Source: the human T2T-CHM13v2.0 reference genome, Homo sapiens. From it: a stretch of DNA of 64,000 bases. Where the stretch lies: the NCBI RefSeq assembly GCF_009914755.1, contig NC_060931.1. The stretch is one strand, 5' to 3'. This document shows positions 42,507 to 57,470 of the stretch, one piece after another. The notes beneath the pieces are model-generated. The model was not told the origin of the DNA and did not search any database. It saw nothing but the letters and a program-made list of their open reading frames with translations. Position numbers and translations under genes: made by a program. The stretch's first letter is position 1. Each line of letters begins with the position of its first letter.

Positions 42507-42750
<244 letters not shown>

Positions 42751-45289
42751 AGCAAGTACAGGAAAACCTAAACCAAACATGCCATAGTCAACAACTTGTC
42801 TCAGAAGGACTTGGTCGTGGAAAGGATGCTGATGAGAATTTGGAGCCCTGGCTGCTCTGTCTTTATCACCAAGAAGTTGTGTGGCTTCAAGCAGGTCATG
42901 TAACTTTTCTAATGTTTAGTTCTTTTATCTATAAAATGAAAGTTGAAAGAGAGGTTCTCCAAGATTCCTTCTTGCTCCAAGAATCTAATAAATATGAATG
43001 AGGTGGGAACTGGAGACTTGAGGCCGACTCCACCTTATCGTGTATTTTGTTGCCCTAAACATCCTGAAAGAGGCCCTTACTACTAAATTGCTCCATTTTT
43101 TCCTCCTGAGAAACAAACAAAAGTCTCTCTCTCTTTCTCTATGTTCTCCCTCCTTCTCTTATTCCTCCCTTTTCTCTCCAGGTTGTGACTACCAAAAAGG
43201 AAGAAAGGCAATGGTATCAGGAGCACTTTCACAGGGAGTAACAGCAGCACTTCTTAAAGATACCATTGTGTTCCCTTGCTCTCAGGAATAGATATGGATC
43301 CTTCTGATGCTTTTCCATCACAGAAAGTAAATTCACGAGTGTGCTTGCCAATCTGAACATTGAACTACTTCCAAATGATCGCTTCATCCAAGCTAATGGA
43401 TAACTGTAGTCTGATAGTCAAGAGCTCATTGATGTATTTCCTGCTCCATTACTCAATAAACATTAAATAACAATAACAGAAAAGATACTATTAAAATAGC
43501 TCTGTCTGAATTCGTTGAGAGGGAAGAAAGTAGGAAGGAAGAGGAGGGAAGACATTATGCAGAAAGTTGTAACTCACATAAAAGGAGATGTGTTTGTTCT
43601 TCACAGCACTGGAGCTGCCAAAATGACTTTGCGTTTTGCTTCGTATCTGTGAATGCTGACTGAGTTTTGAATGCTACTCTGACATTTGCTGATGTGGAAG
43701 CCTCTGACCTCTTGTAGGAACATGTAATCACGTGGAACACAGTGGCTTCCCTGAGCTGCTCAAATCATTATTACTTTTTTAAAAAGGATATGGAGAGATT
43801 TAAGAGAGTTAAGAGACAAGTAATGAAGATTACTGAAAAAAATTAAAATGGGGAAAAGGAAAGGAATGAGAGATGTTTTTTGAGTTTGAAAAGGAAAAAG
43901 CTAATGGCTGACTTAATTACTATCTTATGGGAATGTCAGTAGATTTGTTATGGGACAAAGCAAAAGAAAATAAACTTTCTGTATCCTCTAATAATTTTTT
44001 TAATTCAGAATCTCTTTTGATTCCAGAAACTCTAATTTGTTCTTCAAGCAAACATCTCTTGATCCCCAATTACATTTTTATTGACATTGTGTTCAGTTCT
44101 TCCATTAGTTCTGCTTCCATAGAAAGCACCTAATCTGATTGTTTCACCGGAGCTCCCCTTTTCTAATATCTCTGCCTCCTAATATAGCTTGTGATGTTTC
44201 TTTGCCTACGTGGGCCAACCAGCCTGTGATATCCTAAGCACCAGTGCAGTCAGACTGTTGGGCTTCCCAGGCAGATGCGGATAGTCAAGAAGTGAAGGTA
44301 AGGAAGGTGTCATTCCTCTCTTCAGTGGGTCTGCAGCAAGAAGTCTGGTCAAGAGGGGAGACCTTCAGATATCCCTCTGCTGCTAAGAGTTCCTGCCAGA
44401 TGAAGCACAGACAAGCAGCCTCTCTTCCAGTTGGCAAAGCCCCTGCTCTGAAAAGGTCCACTAGCTCAGCTAGCTGATTGCTGAAGGCACCCACACAGAT
44501 GGTGGTGTTTGTCTCAGGGCCTTGACTAAAAGGCATGCCTCCTTTGCAGCTTTCAGTACTAGGATCATCCTTTCTGGTGTGGCTATCTGGACTGTCCACC
44601 AAGTTCCTAGTCTGGGTATCATCTTATATTAACTGTCCACCAAGTTCCAAGGTTTGGCCACAGTTATTTCAGTGGTCCAGTGGCTCATGCAAAAAGTAGA
44701 AAAATTGGGGGGCCTAAAATATGTGCTCAACTTATGAGGTCCCCAAATCATTCAGGGCATTACTTGAAACTAACATCAGAAAAAAAAATCATAATCGGTT
44801 TTGAGGAATTCTTGGAACCTCTAGTGAATTCACTGGTTTCTCTCTCATTCTCCGTTCCACCCACAATTTTACTGACCCATTTTTATTTCCTGGTACTTGT
44901 CTTCTGCCACATACCGGTCTATTCAACTAACCATTTTTACATGTCAAAAAAATCCACAAATTCATTTCCCCCTTCCTACCTGCCTAATTTTTTTTTGCAC
45001 ATGCATGTCCATTAAGCTGGATGGAAATGCTTACATGAGTCAAAATGTGAGTGAATGTCTCAACAGAAGCATGTCATAAATACTGATGCCTGAACTTTAC
45101 CCCAGAACAAATTATTTAGAATCTCTTGGAATGGGGCCCAGGCTTCAACGTTTTGATAAAAACATTCCGGATAATTCTAACATATAGCCAGATCTGAAAA
45201 CCTTTGATATGAAAGCTTGTTGGTTTCTTCTGGCCCCAGCACTCTAGGCACTAGTCATGAAGTGTTGGGTACCTGATAAAATAGCACTG

Positions 45290-45748
<459 letters not shown>

Positions 45749-47529
45749 CTAGAAATCTTACACACACAATAATAATTATAACTAACACTGATGTCATGAA
45801 TACTATGTGCCAATTATTAATATATTACTTATATTCACTTACTCTAAACTCACAATAACCCTGTAAAGTAGGTATCATTTTTATTACTATTTTACACATG
45901 AAGGAACTAAAGCAGAGAAATGATAAGACTTTCCTAAGATCATAAAGGTAGTACATTGCAAAGTCAGAATTTTGAACTTTAGGCATCCGGCTCCAGGATC
46001 TGTGCCTTAAAAACTCTAGAATAGTAGTATGTCTCTAGGTCAGAACTCCACTGTGGAACCACTTCATTCATCTATGATTCCTTACACTGATCTAAACATT
46101 TTCTCTTTTCCATCTCTATCTATGACTTCTACTCTTGCTTTTGAAGACAAATCTGTTCCTTCTAAAGAAGGACCCTTATATATCTAGGATTTTAGAATGT
46201 TAGGGCTAGAAAAGCCTTCATAAATCAACCAGCATTGCCTCTACCTTTATAGGAGTGTTTCCAATTTACTCGGTCTCCTTACGATTGTGTCTAGTCTGCT
46301 GTGACACAGGTTGCATTCTCTGGAATAAGATGCTGAATTTGAGTCTGGGGTACAAACAGTTAATCTATGGAAGGAAAGAGAAAGAAGCAAGATTTGGCAG
46401 AGAGTCAGACTGAAATAGAGTCCTAACAAACCTGGGCCAATCCAGTAGAGACATCTGAAGTGAATATTTCCTAGCAGACACCTTGTTCTGCACAGGGAAG
46501 AAACAGTCAGGGTCTTTATATCCTCTCATTGCTCAGAAACAGGATATTAGCTTCTCCAGTGACCTTTAGAAAGGCAACTTGTGTCTTCTAAAGAAGATCC
46601 TGAAGGAACTGACAGCCTGTCAGTTGACCAACCATACTCCTTGCAGTTCAATAGATTTAAAGCAATAGCTCCCAGGGAAACAAATATGAAAGTTAAGAGA
46701 TATTACTGATAGAATGAGTTCTGTAATAAGAGCAATCAGAGTTACATAAGTGTAACAGAAGGAAAGGTAAAGAGTCATATTAGAAAAGAGAATGGCAGAG
46801 GACTTCCAAAATTGATGAAATATACCAATCCCCAGATTAAGGAAATGCAATGAATCTCAAGTTTAATAGGTTAATGAACACATCATTGAGTCCATTATTA
46901 GACAAAGAAAAGATTATAAGGAAGCCAGAGAAAATGCCATATTAACTTCAGATAATCAAGAACTAGAAAAACTGACTTTTCAACAGCAAAATTGAAACCC
47001 TGAAGACAATGCAATCAAAGCACTGAGTGAGAATACCTGTCAACGTACAGTTGTATACCCAGCAAAACTATCTTTTATGAACTAGGATGAATAAAAGACA
47101 ATTATAGACAAATTAAGGCTTAGAACAAGACCCTCACTTAGCCCTTTTCCTACATAACACTTGGCACATATTTTAAAAATTCTTCTGCTGCCTTCTGATC
47201 TATAAGTAGCTTATTTGCCTGCAAGTTTAATATTTTTCCTGCCTTATCACCTTTTGAAATCTGTGAGGTAGCCAGCTAGCTGAGAAGACTTTTACATTTT
47301 CCTGACCCTGGGTAATGCAACTGTACATTTTATTTTGGCTTTCAGTGTCACAACAATGTTGTCCATTATGATTTTTAAAAAAAATCAGTCTTCATCTCAT
47401 GAATCCACAAATATAGCCACTTTAGAATTTTTTTTTCTGTAGTTTCATCATTCACTATAGATGTTATTCTAACACTTTCCAGAGTGGCCTCACAAATAGA
47501 TTGGCATTTCCTATACCTTTTTCTGGACG

Positions 47530-47993
47530 TTATCATACTCTTGATTCATTAGCATTGAACTCATGGCCAGCAGCATGCTAACTCATGCCTGAGGGAAGCT
47601 TCTCTAACAGATGTATTTTCTCCATAAGGTACACTGTAGCCATTTTGCACTTAGAAACACTAGACAACACTTCAGCACTATGCCTGGGAACCATTCGAAA
47701 TAACAAAATCACCAACAAAAGGCACAAAATTGGGGAAAATGTGGCAACTAAATAAACTATGAAAAGGATACTTGCTTACAATTATAAGAGCTAAAACAAA
47801 AAGCCAAGGCATCACCTTGTTCAACCTCAGCTGGGAACATGTGTGTCAGGCAATTCAATTTTTTTGCCACTCTGTTCATGCCCGTGAGTTTCAATGATGG
47901 CACTGCCAGTATTGATTTTAGGGTTATAAATAAGTTTTAATGACTACACGAGATCACAGATAAGGTATCTGTGAATAATGAGGGTCAACTGTA
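47530..47993 (+). mobile_element. MER82-like Tigger (TcMar) DNA transposon
   Basis: cattgaactcatggcca...gcacttagaaacactagac...gaataatgagggtcaactgta (TIR followed by TA target). Confidence 0.65.
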
Positions 47994-49901
47994 CAACTAA
48001 AATATTGCACAGAAATTGCATGAAAATGGAAGAGCTGCTCAGTATTAAAGCATTCTAAGACCCTTAAGCTATTCAGGAGGAGGAGATATACTGATTGATT
48101 AATTTTAGACATTTAAGTAGAATATGCATTAAAATGATAAAAATCATGTGTTTCAAAAGAACAAAAAGAGTGGGTTTTACTTTAAATAAAAACGACAACC
48201 ACCAGATGTCATTGTATGCCCATCAAACTGGCAAGAATTAAAATCCAACAACAAACGTTGGTGTGTGTTTTAGGAAATAGGAACCCATATTGCCGGTGGA
48301 AGTGTTAATTGATACAATTATTTTGATAAGAGTTTGTCAATACCTAAGAAAGTTAATTATATGCATTTTAAAATGTGGTACCCAGAACAGGATGAAATAC
48401 CACATATGGGAATCGATTAATTCAAGGTGGGGCCACATTCTTGCTTCCAATGACTTGAGACAGATTCTAACTTTGCTGTCACTTGAGGGCAGTCACATTC
48501 CAACATGTCAACACAAACTTCCAGATACACTGCCAAGCCAGAGCTTCCTCAATCTATTATTGGGAAGGTAAGGTTTCGGACCTAAATATAGAGATTCCCC
48601 ACACTCTGCGTCTATCTGCTACCACCCACTTTACCCCCAGTTTTGGCTGCATAAGCTGCTGTAATCAGGCATCCAGGAAAGGACAAGGGAATGTGAGATG
48701 TGCCAGGGATTCCTGCTGGGAGGGCTCTTTTTGCCATGTTATCATCTCTCCCTCTTACCCCAGGATATGTTCAGCTTCTCATCCATGTTTGATCCCAGCT
48801 TGAAAATTGTTTTTTAAAATTTTAACATAAGTTTTAGCTCTTAATTGTTAGTAACATTTGCTCTTTTAGACATGCAGAGCTACTTTACTCTCATTTGTGC
48901 AAATCTCAGTTACCTCTAGAGCAATGAAAACAGCATCCAAGACTACTGCTGGCTTAGTAATGTCCAAGGGAGATGGAGTTTGAGCAGGGGATACTCAATC
49001 ACTGCTTGTCCTTGGTGTTCCACATTGATTACATCAACTAGGCAATGGTAAAAGCAAGTGTTGAATCATCTTGAAAATTCTTGGAGATTCTTTAATGGAG
49101 GCAATAAAAATAGAACAGAGTTTAGGCCACCAGAGACAAAAAAGAGCAAAAGTGAAGTATGGGACAAAGATAGGATTAAATAAATTACATGCTGAATGAT
49201 TAGACTGACTCCCCCTGGCTCTGTTGCTCACTGTGATCCCAGAATACCTGCACCTTCCGCAGTTAGGACATGAAACAGTCTCCTCTTGAAAAACTAAATG
49301 GCTCCAGGTACTCATATACTACCCTTTGAGAACCCTAAAAAATGTTAACTTATCATCCTATCCCCTTACAGAAAGTTCAATCAGTTCATTAATACTCTTT
49401 TTTTGTGGGGGGATCTTTGAGCCTTTTTATTGTGACCATCAGAAAGACATAAATTTTACACTGTGACCCAGAACAACACTCACACATACACATACAGGAC
49501 TGAAATGAAAGTTACATGAAACAGTATTAACCTCTTTTAGATGCATTCTGGTATTTCTATTTATTCTGTGTAATTCCAGGCCATCCCATCCCACTCCATT
49601 CCATCTCATTTCATTTTGTTTCTCTTTTTCAAATTGTTGTTCAAAACATACTAAATTGATTTCTCAACCTTTTGACCCTCAATTTGAAAAATACTAAGCT
49701 AAAAGAATAAAAAAATCCACTTACCCTGACACAAATTTAAGACAATTAGTCATTGTGCATCATTAATGTTATTTGATGCATGTGAATGGACAGCAATATC
49801 CATCTATTCAGATCTTTGAGGAAGGCTGATAATACAAAATAAAGAGACCAAAACAAACAAATAAGCAAATAGGGAAATAAAATTAAAAGAAAGCAGGAAT
49901 T

Positions 49902-51710
<1,809 letters not shown>

Positions 51711-54103
51711 CATTTAGTTGTATTACAGGAAAATTTTGTCATTGGTCCCAATAGCATTGTTTCTACTCAGTATTTTCCCTGATTATTCCATAAATGGCAC
51801 TCTCTAATGCTGACTATCTCTACAGCATCTGTCCTAATTCAACATACATCCCCCAGTCAAGTCTTGCCCCTGGAGTGCAGTTGCATGAAATTATTTGTGC
51901 AATAGCAAAAATACCATCTAAACTGTATTTTCTGTGTTCAGTTACTATCTCAACCCATGATAAAAAGCTGTATCAACCACTGAAAGTAACCAAAGAATGT
52001 AAACACTGTGGGGATTGAGGATCCCTTTCCTGTCCCAGAGATCTCTAAATACTGTGTGGGTTGCTTTACATTTAGAATTTTCCTTTTCAAGGAGATATTG
52101 TCTTTGAACTAGCCCAGGCATATAGAAGCTCTCATGTACCCATTAGGAAGTTGAACCTGCCATCTGTTTTGCAGTGATACTGGGGAGGACATTAGTTATG
52201 AACTGGCAGCCTCAATTCCCAAATTCTTTTCACTTAAGAAACATTAAACATTTTGAAACAGACTTCTCAGAGAACAGTACAACAGCCTCTCTGGCAGCTT
52301 TTATGGTATTCCTCAATGGATATTTTTGTCCCTCCATCTAAAAACAACAGCATAGAGGGAGGAGGAGAACACATGGGCTCCTCATGGGGCCAGAACTCGT
52401 CTTTAAAATTGCCAAACTATCTAGCAACAGCTGTGACCATTGGAACACAACATCAACTTGTGCAACCTGCTCAGCCCTGTCAAATGATGAGGGATCACAT
52501 GGAATCAGACTCTCAGACAGTGATGTGGACTAGTTTGCAGGAAATGACTGAGATGAACCACTTTCCTTCTTCTTCCCTCTCTGTAGAGACAGACGCCTTC
52601 GGGTGCATCTCAAATCCGGGGTTACAACTCAGTCCTGAGGATACTAAGAAAAAAGAGCATGGCGCTGGCACCTTGCAAAGTAGGTTCACTTCATGGATAA
52701 ATGAAACTCCATGGGAAGGTCATGGATGACTTGGACAGCCAGTGTTCCCTGCCCAGATGAGGCATGGCTAATGGAAATGGCACAAGGATGGAAGTCAGGA
52801 CAGCCGATTCCTGATCTGCTCTGCCCTCATTCACTGTGTGACCTAATGTGGAGCCAGTCACATCTCTACGGCCTCTATTTCTCAGCTGAGCAACAGGGAC
52901 AACAGTGACTGCTCCACCCTCCCCATGGAAGATCAGCCAGTCCAGCAGAGAACATGTAGACAGACTTGCTGTAAGGCACAAGGTCCTAGACAAGTGACAT
53001 CATTAGGATTTTTTTAGTATACTTGTGTTTCTCTTTTCAGCATGTTTATAATAAAAAAAAGAAAGAGCAACCCTGAATTCCCAATGCTATATAATAGTTA
53101 AATAAATTATAATAATTTACATAAAATAATATAGTATTCAGACAATACAAATGTTGCTGTAGATTAACACTGATTCCCATAGAATGATTTTATGATACAC
53201 TGTTTGGTGGACAAAAATAAGTCATAAAACCAATAGGTCCAAAACGATTTTGTTTTTATGAAAAAACTAAATATGTAAATACTCATTTATATTCATATTC
53301 ATGTTTTTATTGGGAGTCTGGAAATACGCACCAATGTATACACGTGAGTTATCTATGGGTGAGGGAATTGTTTTATGTGTATGCATGTAGTTTATCTATT
53401 TGATATAATTTTTGAGATTAATGAATATTCATCTTTGAGAATAGGAAGACCAGACCAGACCACAAACTTCAATTCTCCTTTCAGGTAGTGGGAAGAGAGG
53501 TCTCCAATGTGCAGATTACGCCACAGCTCATAGCCAAGCTGCCTTCCTGCTCAGGCCTCTGAGGGTGAAACTAACTGCCCTCCCCACCTCTTAGTTCCAT
53601 CACTGATACAGGATCTTTGCTTTTATTCCTTCTCACTGCTCCCCAAAATTTAGCCACCACCTAAACCAGAGGCAGTGAATTCTGATGACAGAAGGACCAG
53701 GTAAGTACCATGAATGAGTGAACCAGCTTGGGTGTGGGGCAATGTGGCCACCAGAAATGACAATGCCATCCTGGGGGCCGATATCTTTCAGCTCTTGAAG
53801 TTGCTGTGTCTCTCAGTCTTTCAAGAGAAGATGGAAATCTGGAGTTTTATGAAAGTCCTTTGAATGTGGAAAAGTTAACCTATAATTTTTAAATGCCCTA
53901 CAACCTTGTGGAATGTAGTTTGAAGAATGTGGACTTGGTGTCAACCCAGGACTCAACCTCTCATCTGCAGCTGATCTGTTGGATGGTCTTGAGTAAGTTT
54001 CTTACTCTTTTTGAACTCCAGTTTCCTCAACTGTAAAAGGTGGTATATGTATCCCCACGAAGATTTTGGAGGAATTAACTATCATAGATAATTCATGCAA
54101 ACT

Positions 54104-54187
54104 GGCCTGGTGCAGTGGCTCATGCCTATAATCCCAACACTTCAGCAGGCTGAGGTGGGAAGATCACTTGAACCCAGGAGTTCGAGG
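54104..54187 (+). mobile_element. Short Alu left-arm/FLAM fragment inserted in a MIR (MIR about 53900-54230)
   Basis: ggcctggtgcagtggctcatgcct...caggagttcgagg, flanked by taattcatg on both sides. Confidence 0.75.
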
Positions 54188-54557
54188 TAATTCATGAGAC
54201 CTTCCTGGTACATGGTAGGCACTCAATAAGTGTCTCCTTTTCCAGGCCAGCAAGTTAATGGTATAACTAGTGCAAGAACCCATACACCTCTATGTTCTGA
54301 GTCCCACTCGTTTCTTCCCCCCACTGTATCCAGGTGTTCCCTTGCCTCTATGGCACTCATTCTCAGAGATATCAAGTATGACTTTACTTGGAACCTGAGC
54401 ATAGGACTAGGGTTTTAGACACTGCTTTCTCTTGCCATGAACAAGCCACACTGCTCCGTAGAGATCTCACTTTTCCTCTCCAGAACTTAAGTGGCAACCA
54501 GTGTGCAAAGAGATAATAGATCTGTATTCCCTCAAACTAAATCACAGCAGGCCCATC

Positions 54558-55166
54558 TGTGAAACCCCAGATGCCCATGAGTCTGGGATCAGCCTCTCAT
54601 TTGATATTCATTTTAAAATGTAGGTTTTATGGTATGATTATTCGGGTATGGTGAGGCCAGCAGATTTTTATGGTATGATTATTTGGGGATGGTGAGGTCA
54701 TTGAAAAGAAAAGACAGCTTGTTACTCATAGTTCCCAAGAGGAGAGGGGATGTCACGCAAGCCCATCTGGGGAAGCACCAGGGTGGCTCAAGAAGCAGGA
54801 AGAATGAAGGGAAAATGTGAGCAAGGGCTTTTATTGTGGTTTATGCAGGAAAAAACAGGCAACACAGGGTACACAGGTTTTGGATTGGCTAGTTTGAATA
54901 ATTTCAGTAGGCTGCGGGGTTAGAGACTGTCTCTAGTTGTCTGGTACCTGGCCCTAGGGTACCTAGGGCAGGGGGAGAGTAGCCCAGAGTATGAAAGGCC
55001 ACAGAGGAGGTGGCTGGGCTATGGGCTCCAGGTCGGTTTGTATATGAAAGGCATGCTCCTAAGCTAGGAATGGGCTAGCCCTCGCACGGGTGGTCCCTCC
55101 AGGGTCGGCAAGGCCCTAGATGTCAAAGCATTAGGAATTCAGAAAATGGAAAGGCATGATTAATAC
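54558..55166. mobile_element. ERV-class solo LTR (MER21/MER77-like)
   Basis: TG...CA termini (tgtgaaacc...attaataca), about 610 bp, LTR-like composition. Subfamily uncertain. Confidence 0.5.
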
Positions 55167-56099
55167 AGAACATTCTCAAATCAGTGAGTATTTGCCCTCT
55201 CCACACACCACTGAAAAGATATCAGCATATTGGGGGGTGGAGGAGCTTCAGAAATAGGCTCCCCACAAAAGAAAGAGTGGGGCATGATAATGAAAGCCTC
55301 TGAAGGGAAAGGCCCCCTTGTGTAACAACAAAAGGTCAAGGTGCTCTGAAGAGGACAAGATAGAGCAGATTAATGTACCCTCAAGGCCAGGGCAGGGTTG
55401 AGCATGCTGCTAAGGAAAAAAAAACACAAAACAAACAAACAAAAAAATCCCATGTTTTGTTTTTTTTTTCCAAGTAAGCACAGTCCCTGGCCTTAGTCTC
55501 TCACATCCCAAGTCAGTCTGAGACTAAACGAAGCCCCCACTCTCTGAGTGAAGAAAGCTACATTTGGATTCAGACATTGTAATGGAACGAAGATTACTCT
55601 GCTTGAGTGCACTGACCTTTATCAACCATTTCATCAGAATTTCTGGAGCATGAATCTGTTAGACATCCTCTGCAACTGTTCGTAGGAAGAAGGATCATTC
55701 CTTTCTGGCTCAAGTCCAAAGGATCTTTCTCAAGCAACCAGAGATGGGGAAAGCAAAATCAAATCCACAGACAGTTGAAATCTAGTTAGGGAATAGTTAG
55801 AGGAGACAATAAAAATAACAGTCATGCTGCATAAGTCTCTAGAGGATACTGTTTTTCTTCCCGTGGCTGCCTGAAAAAACAATTACATTCTCAATATTCC
55901 TCCAACTAAGGCTTGGATTCAGTCCTATATAACATACCAATTGCTGGTTTGAGGCTCTTCTTTCAGGCCAAGTAGATATCCAGGAAAGAACGGTTCGGCA
56001 CACATACACAAACCCATGTTCATAAAAAAACAACATGCTTTTCAAATTAGTACCAAGATTATAAAGACTGGGCAACATCTTACTATTTAAGAAAAAATA

Positions 56100-56148
56100 T
56101 TTATTTGCAAGAAATGGAAATACAAAAGCATAACAATTTCAATTTATT
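56100..56148 (-). terminator. CREB3L2: CREB3L2 polyadenylation signals (two AATAAA)
   Basis: TTTATT on + at 56100-56105 and 56143-56148. GU/U-rich downstream element on the minus strand at about 56022-56037. Cleavage inferred near 56080. Confidence 0.75.
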
Positions 56149-57427
56149 TTTTTTTCCCAAACTAAGTACAAGTGTCCTACAAAGCTTTTTTTTTTTTTTG
56201 GTATTTACTTAGCTATGATAAAGAATAAAAAGTCATTTAAAAAACGCGATAGGACAGATAACAGACTCACAACGTATTTAGATTTAAACACTGCTGGTCT
56301 ACGTAACCTGTTACAAAAGAGAGCAAAACCTAACTGTCAGCATAGACATTAAAGCTCACCGTTGATTATAGCTCAGGGCCTGCTCAGCATTGTTTAAAAA
56401 GGGTCACTCACAGTTTTGTCAAAGAGTGCTGGTGTTCTCTATGAACTCATAAACTGTTTTATCTGAAAAGGTGATTTTCTAAGTAGTGTAAGCCATGGGT
56501 ACATGGTGCAAAAAGTTCATGTTCTCACTCAGCTGGTGAGCGAAGGATGGGAGCAGAGAACAGAGCTAAAACCCCTGGTTTTCCTTTCCCCAGATGTAAA
56601 GCCTGCTAGCTGGAACTCACAGAAGATTGGAACAAAAAGATAGGAGATGGACACCTGGGGGACTGCTCCAGCACGAAGGGAAGCGATGAGCATCACACAG
56701 CAGGGCCATTGCAGGGGACAGGTGCTGTAATTCCTGCCCAGAGAACTTGAAAGCTTACAGTGTGCTCACAGGAAGGAATCGGCTCAGCTAGTCCAGAAAT
56801 TGCTGCATTCCCATATTACTTAGTTCTTTATTCATCCTGTGGTAAAGAGTCACCCTTGTTTTCCGTATCTATAAAACTGAAAGACTTAAAATTTACTTAG
56901 CACAGCACGCAACACCCTAGTAAATGCTCAAGAAATATTATTTCCCTTCCTTCTAGAAACCAAGGCTAAATAAAACATTCCTGAATTTTATGTTGTCCAA
57001 AATAACAAAACAAAACAACACCTAGTTTTTTCCTGTGTTAAGTGCTGACCGTTTGACCACAAAGGCATGGAACATTAATCTTCAAATGAGCCAGGTTCCT
57101 TTGCCCTGAGAAATGTTCCGCTATGAGGATTTATAATACCTTTAATCCTGGCTGGTTGTTTTTTTGATGTGATTGCACTCCTGCAAACTGGGATTTTCCT
57201 AATGGACGTAACCCTATTTCTTTTCTCCTGATGTGCAAATCTGATAGTGGCTCACTTTTAGGAAACCACTTTTGAGCCTTCAGAAAAAAATTTTTCCCCA
57301 CACCCAACTCAATCTAATAATAAAAGAATATATACAAAATCTCCCAGTGACGAGGGATTCCTCAGTCATCCTGGATTTACCTATAAGGCACATTTAAGGC
57401 ACAAATGAGCATGTAAGGGAGGAATGT

Positions 57428-57431
<4 letters not shown>

Positions 57432-57469
<38 letters not shown>
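57432..57469. repeat. (GT)19 microsatellite, read as (AC)19 in CREB3L2 mRNA
   Basis: Seen directly in the sequence. Confidence 0.95.
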
Positions 57470-57470
<1 letters not shown>

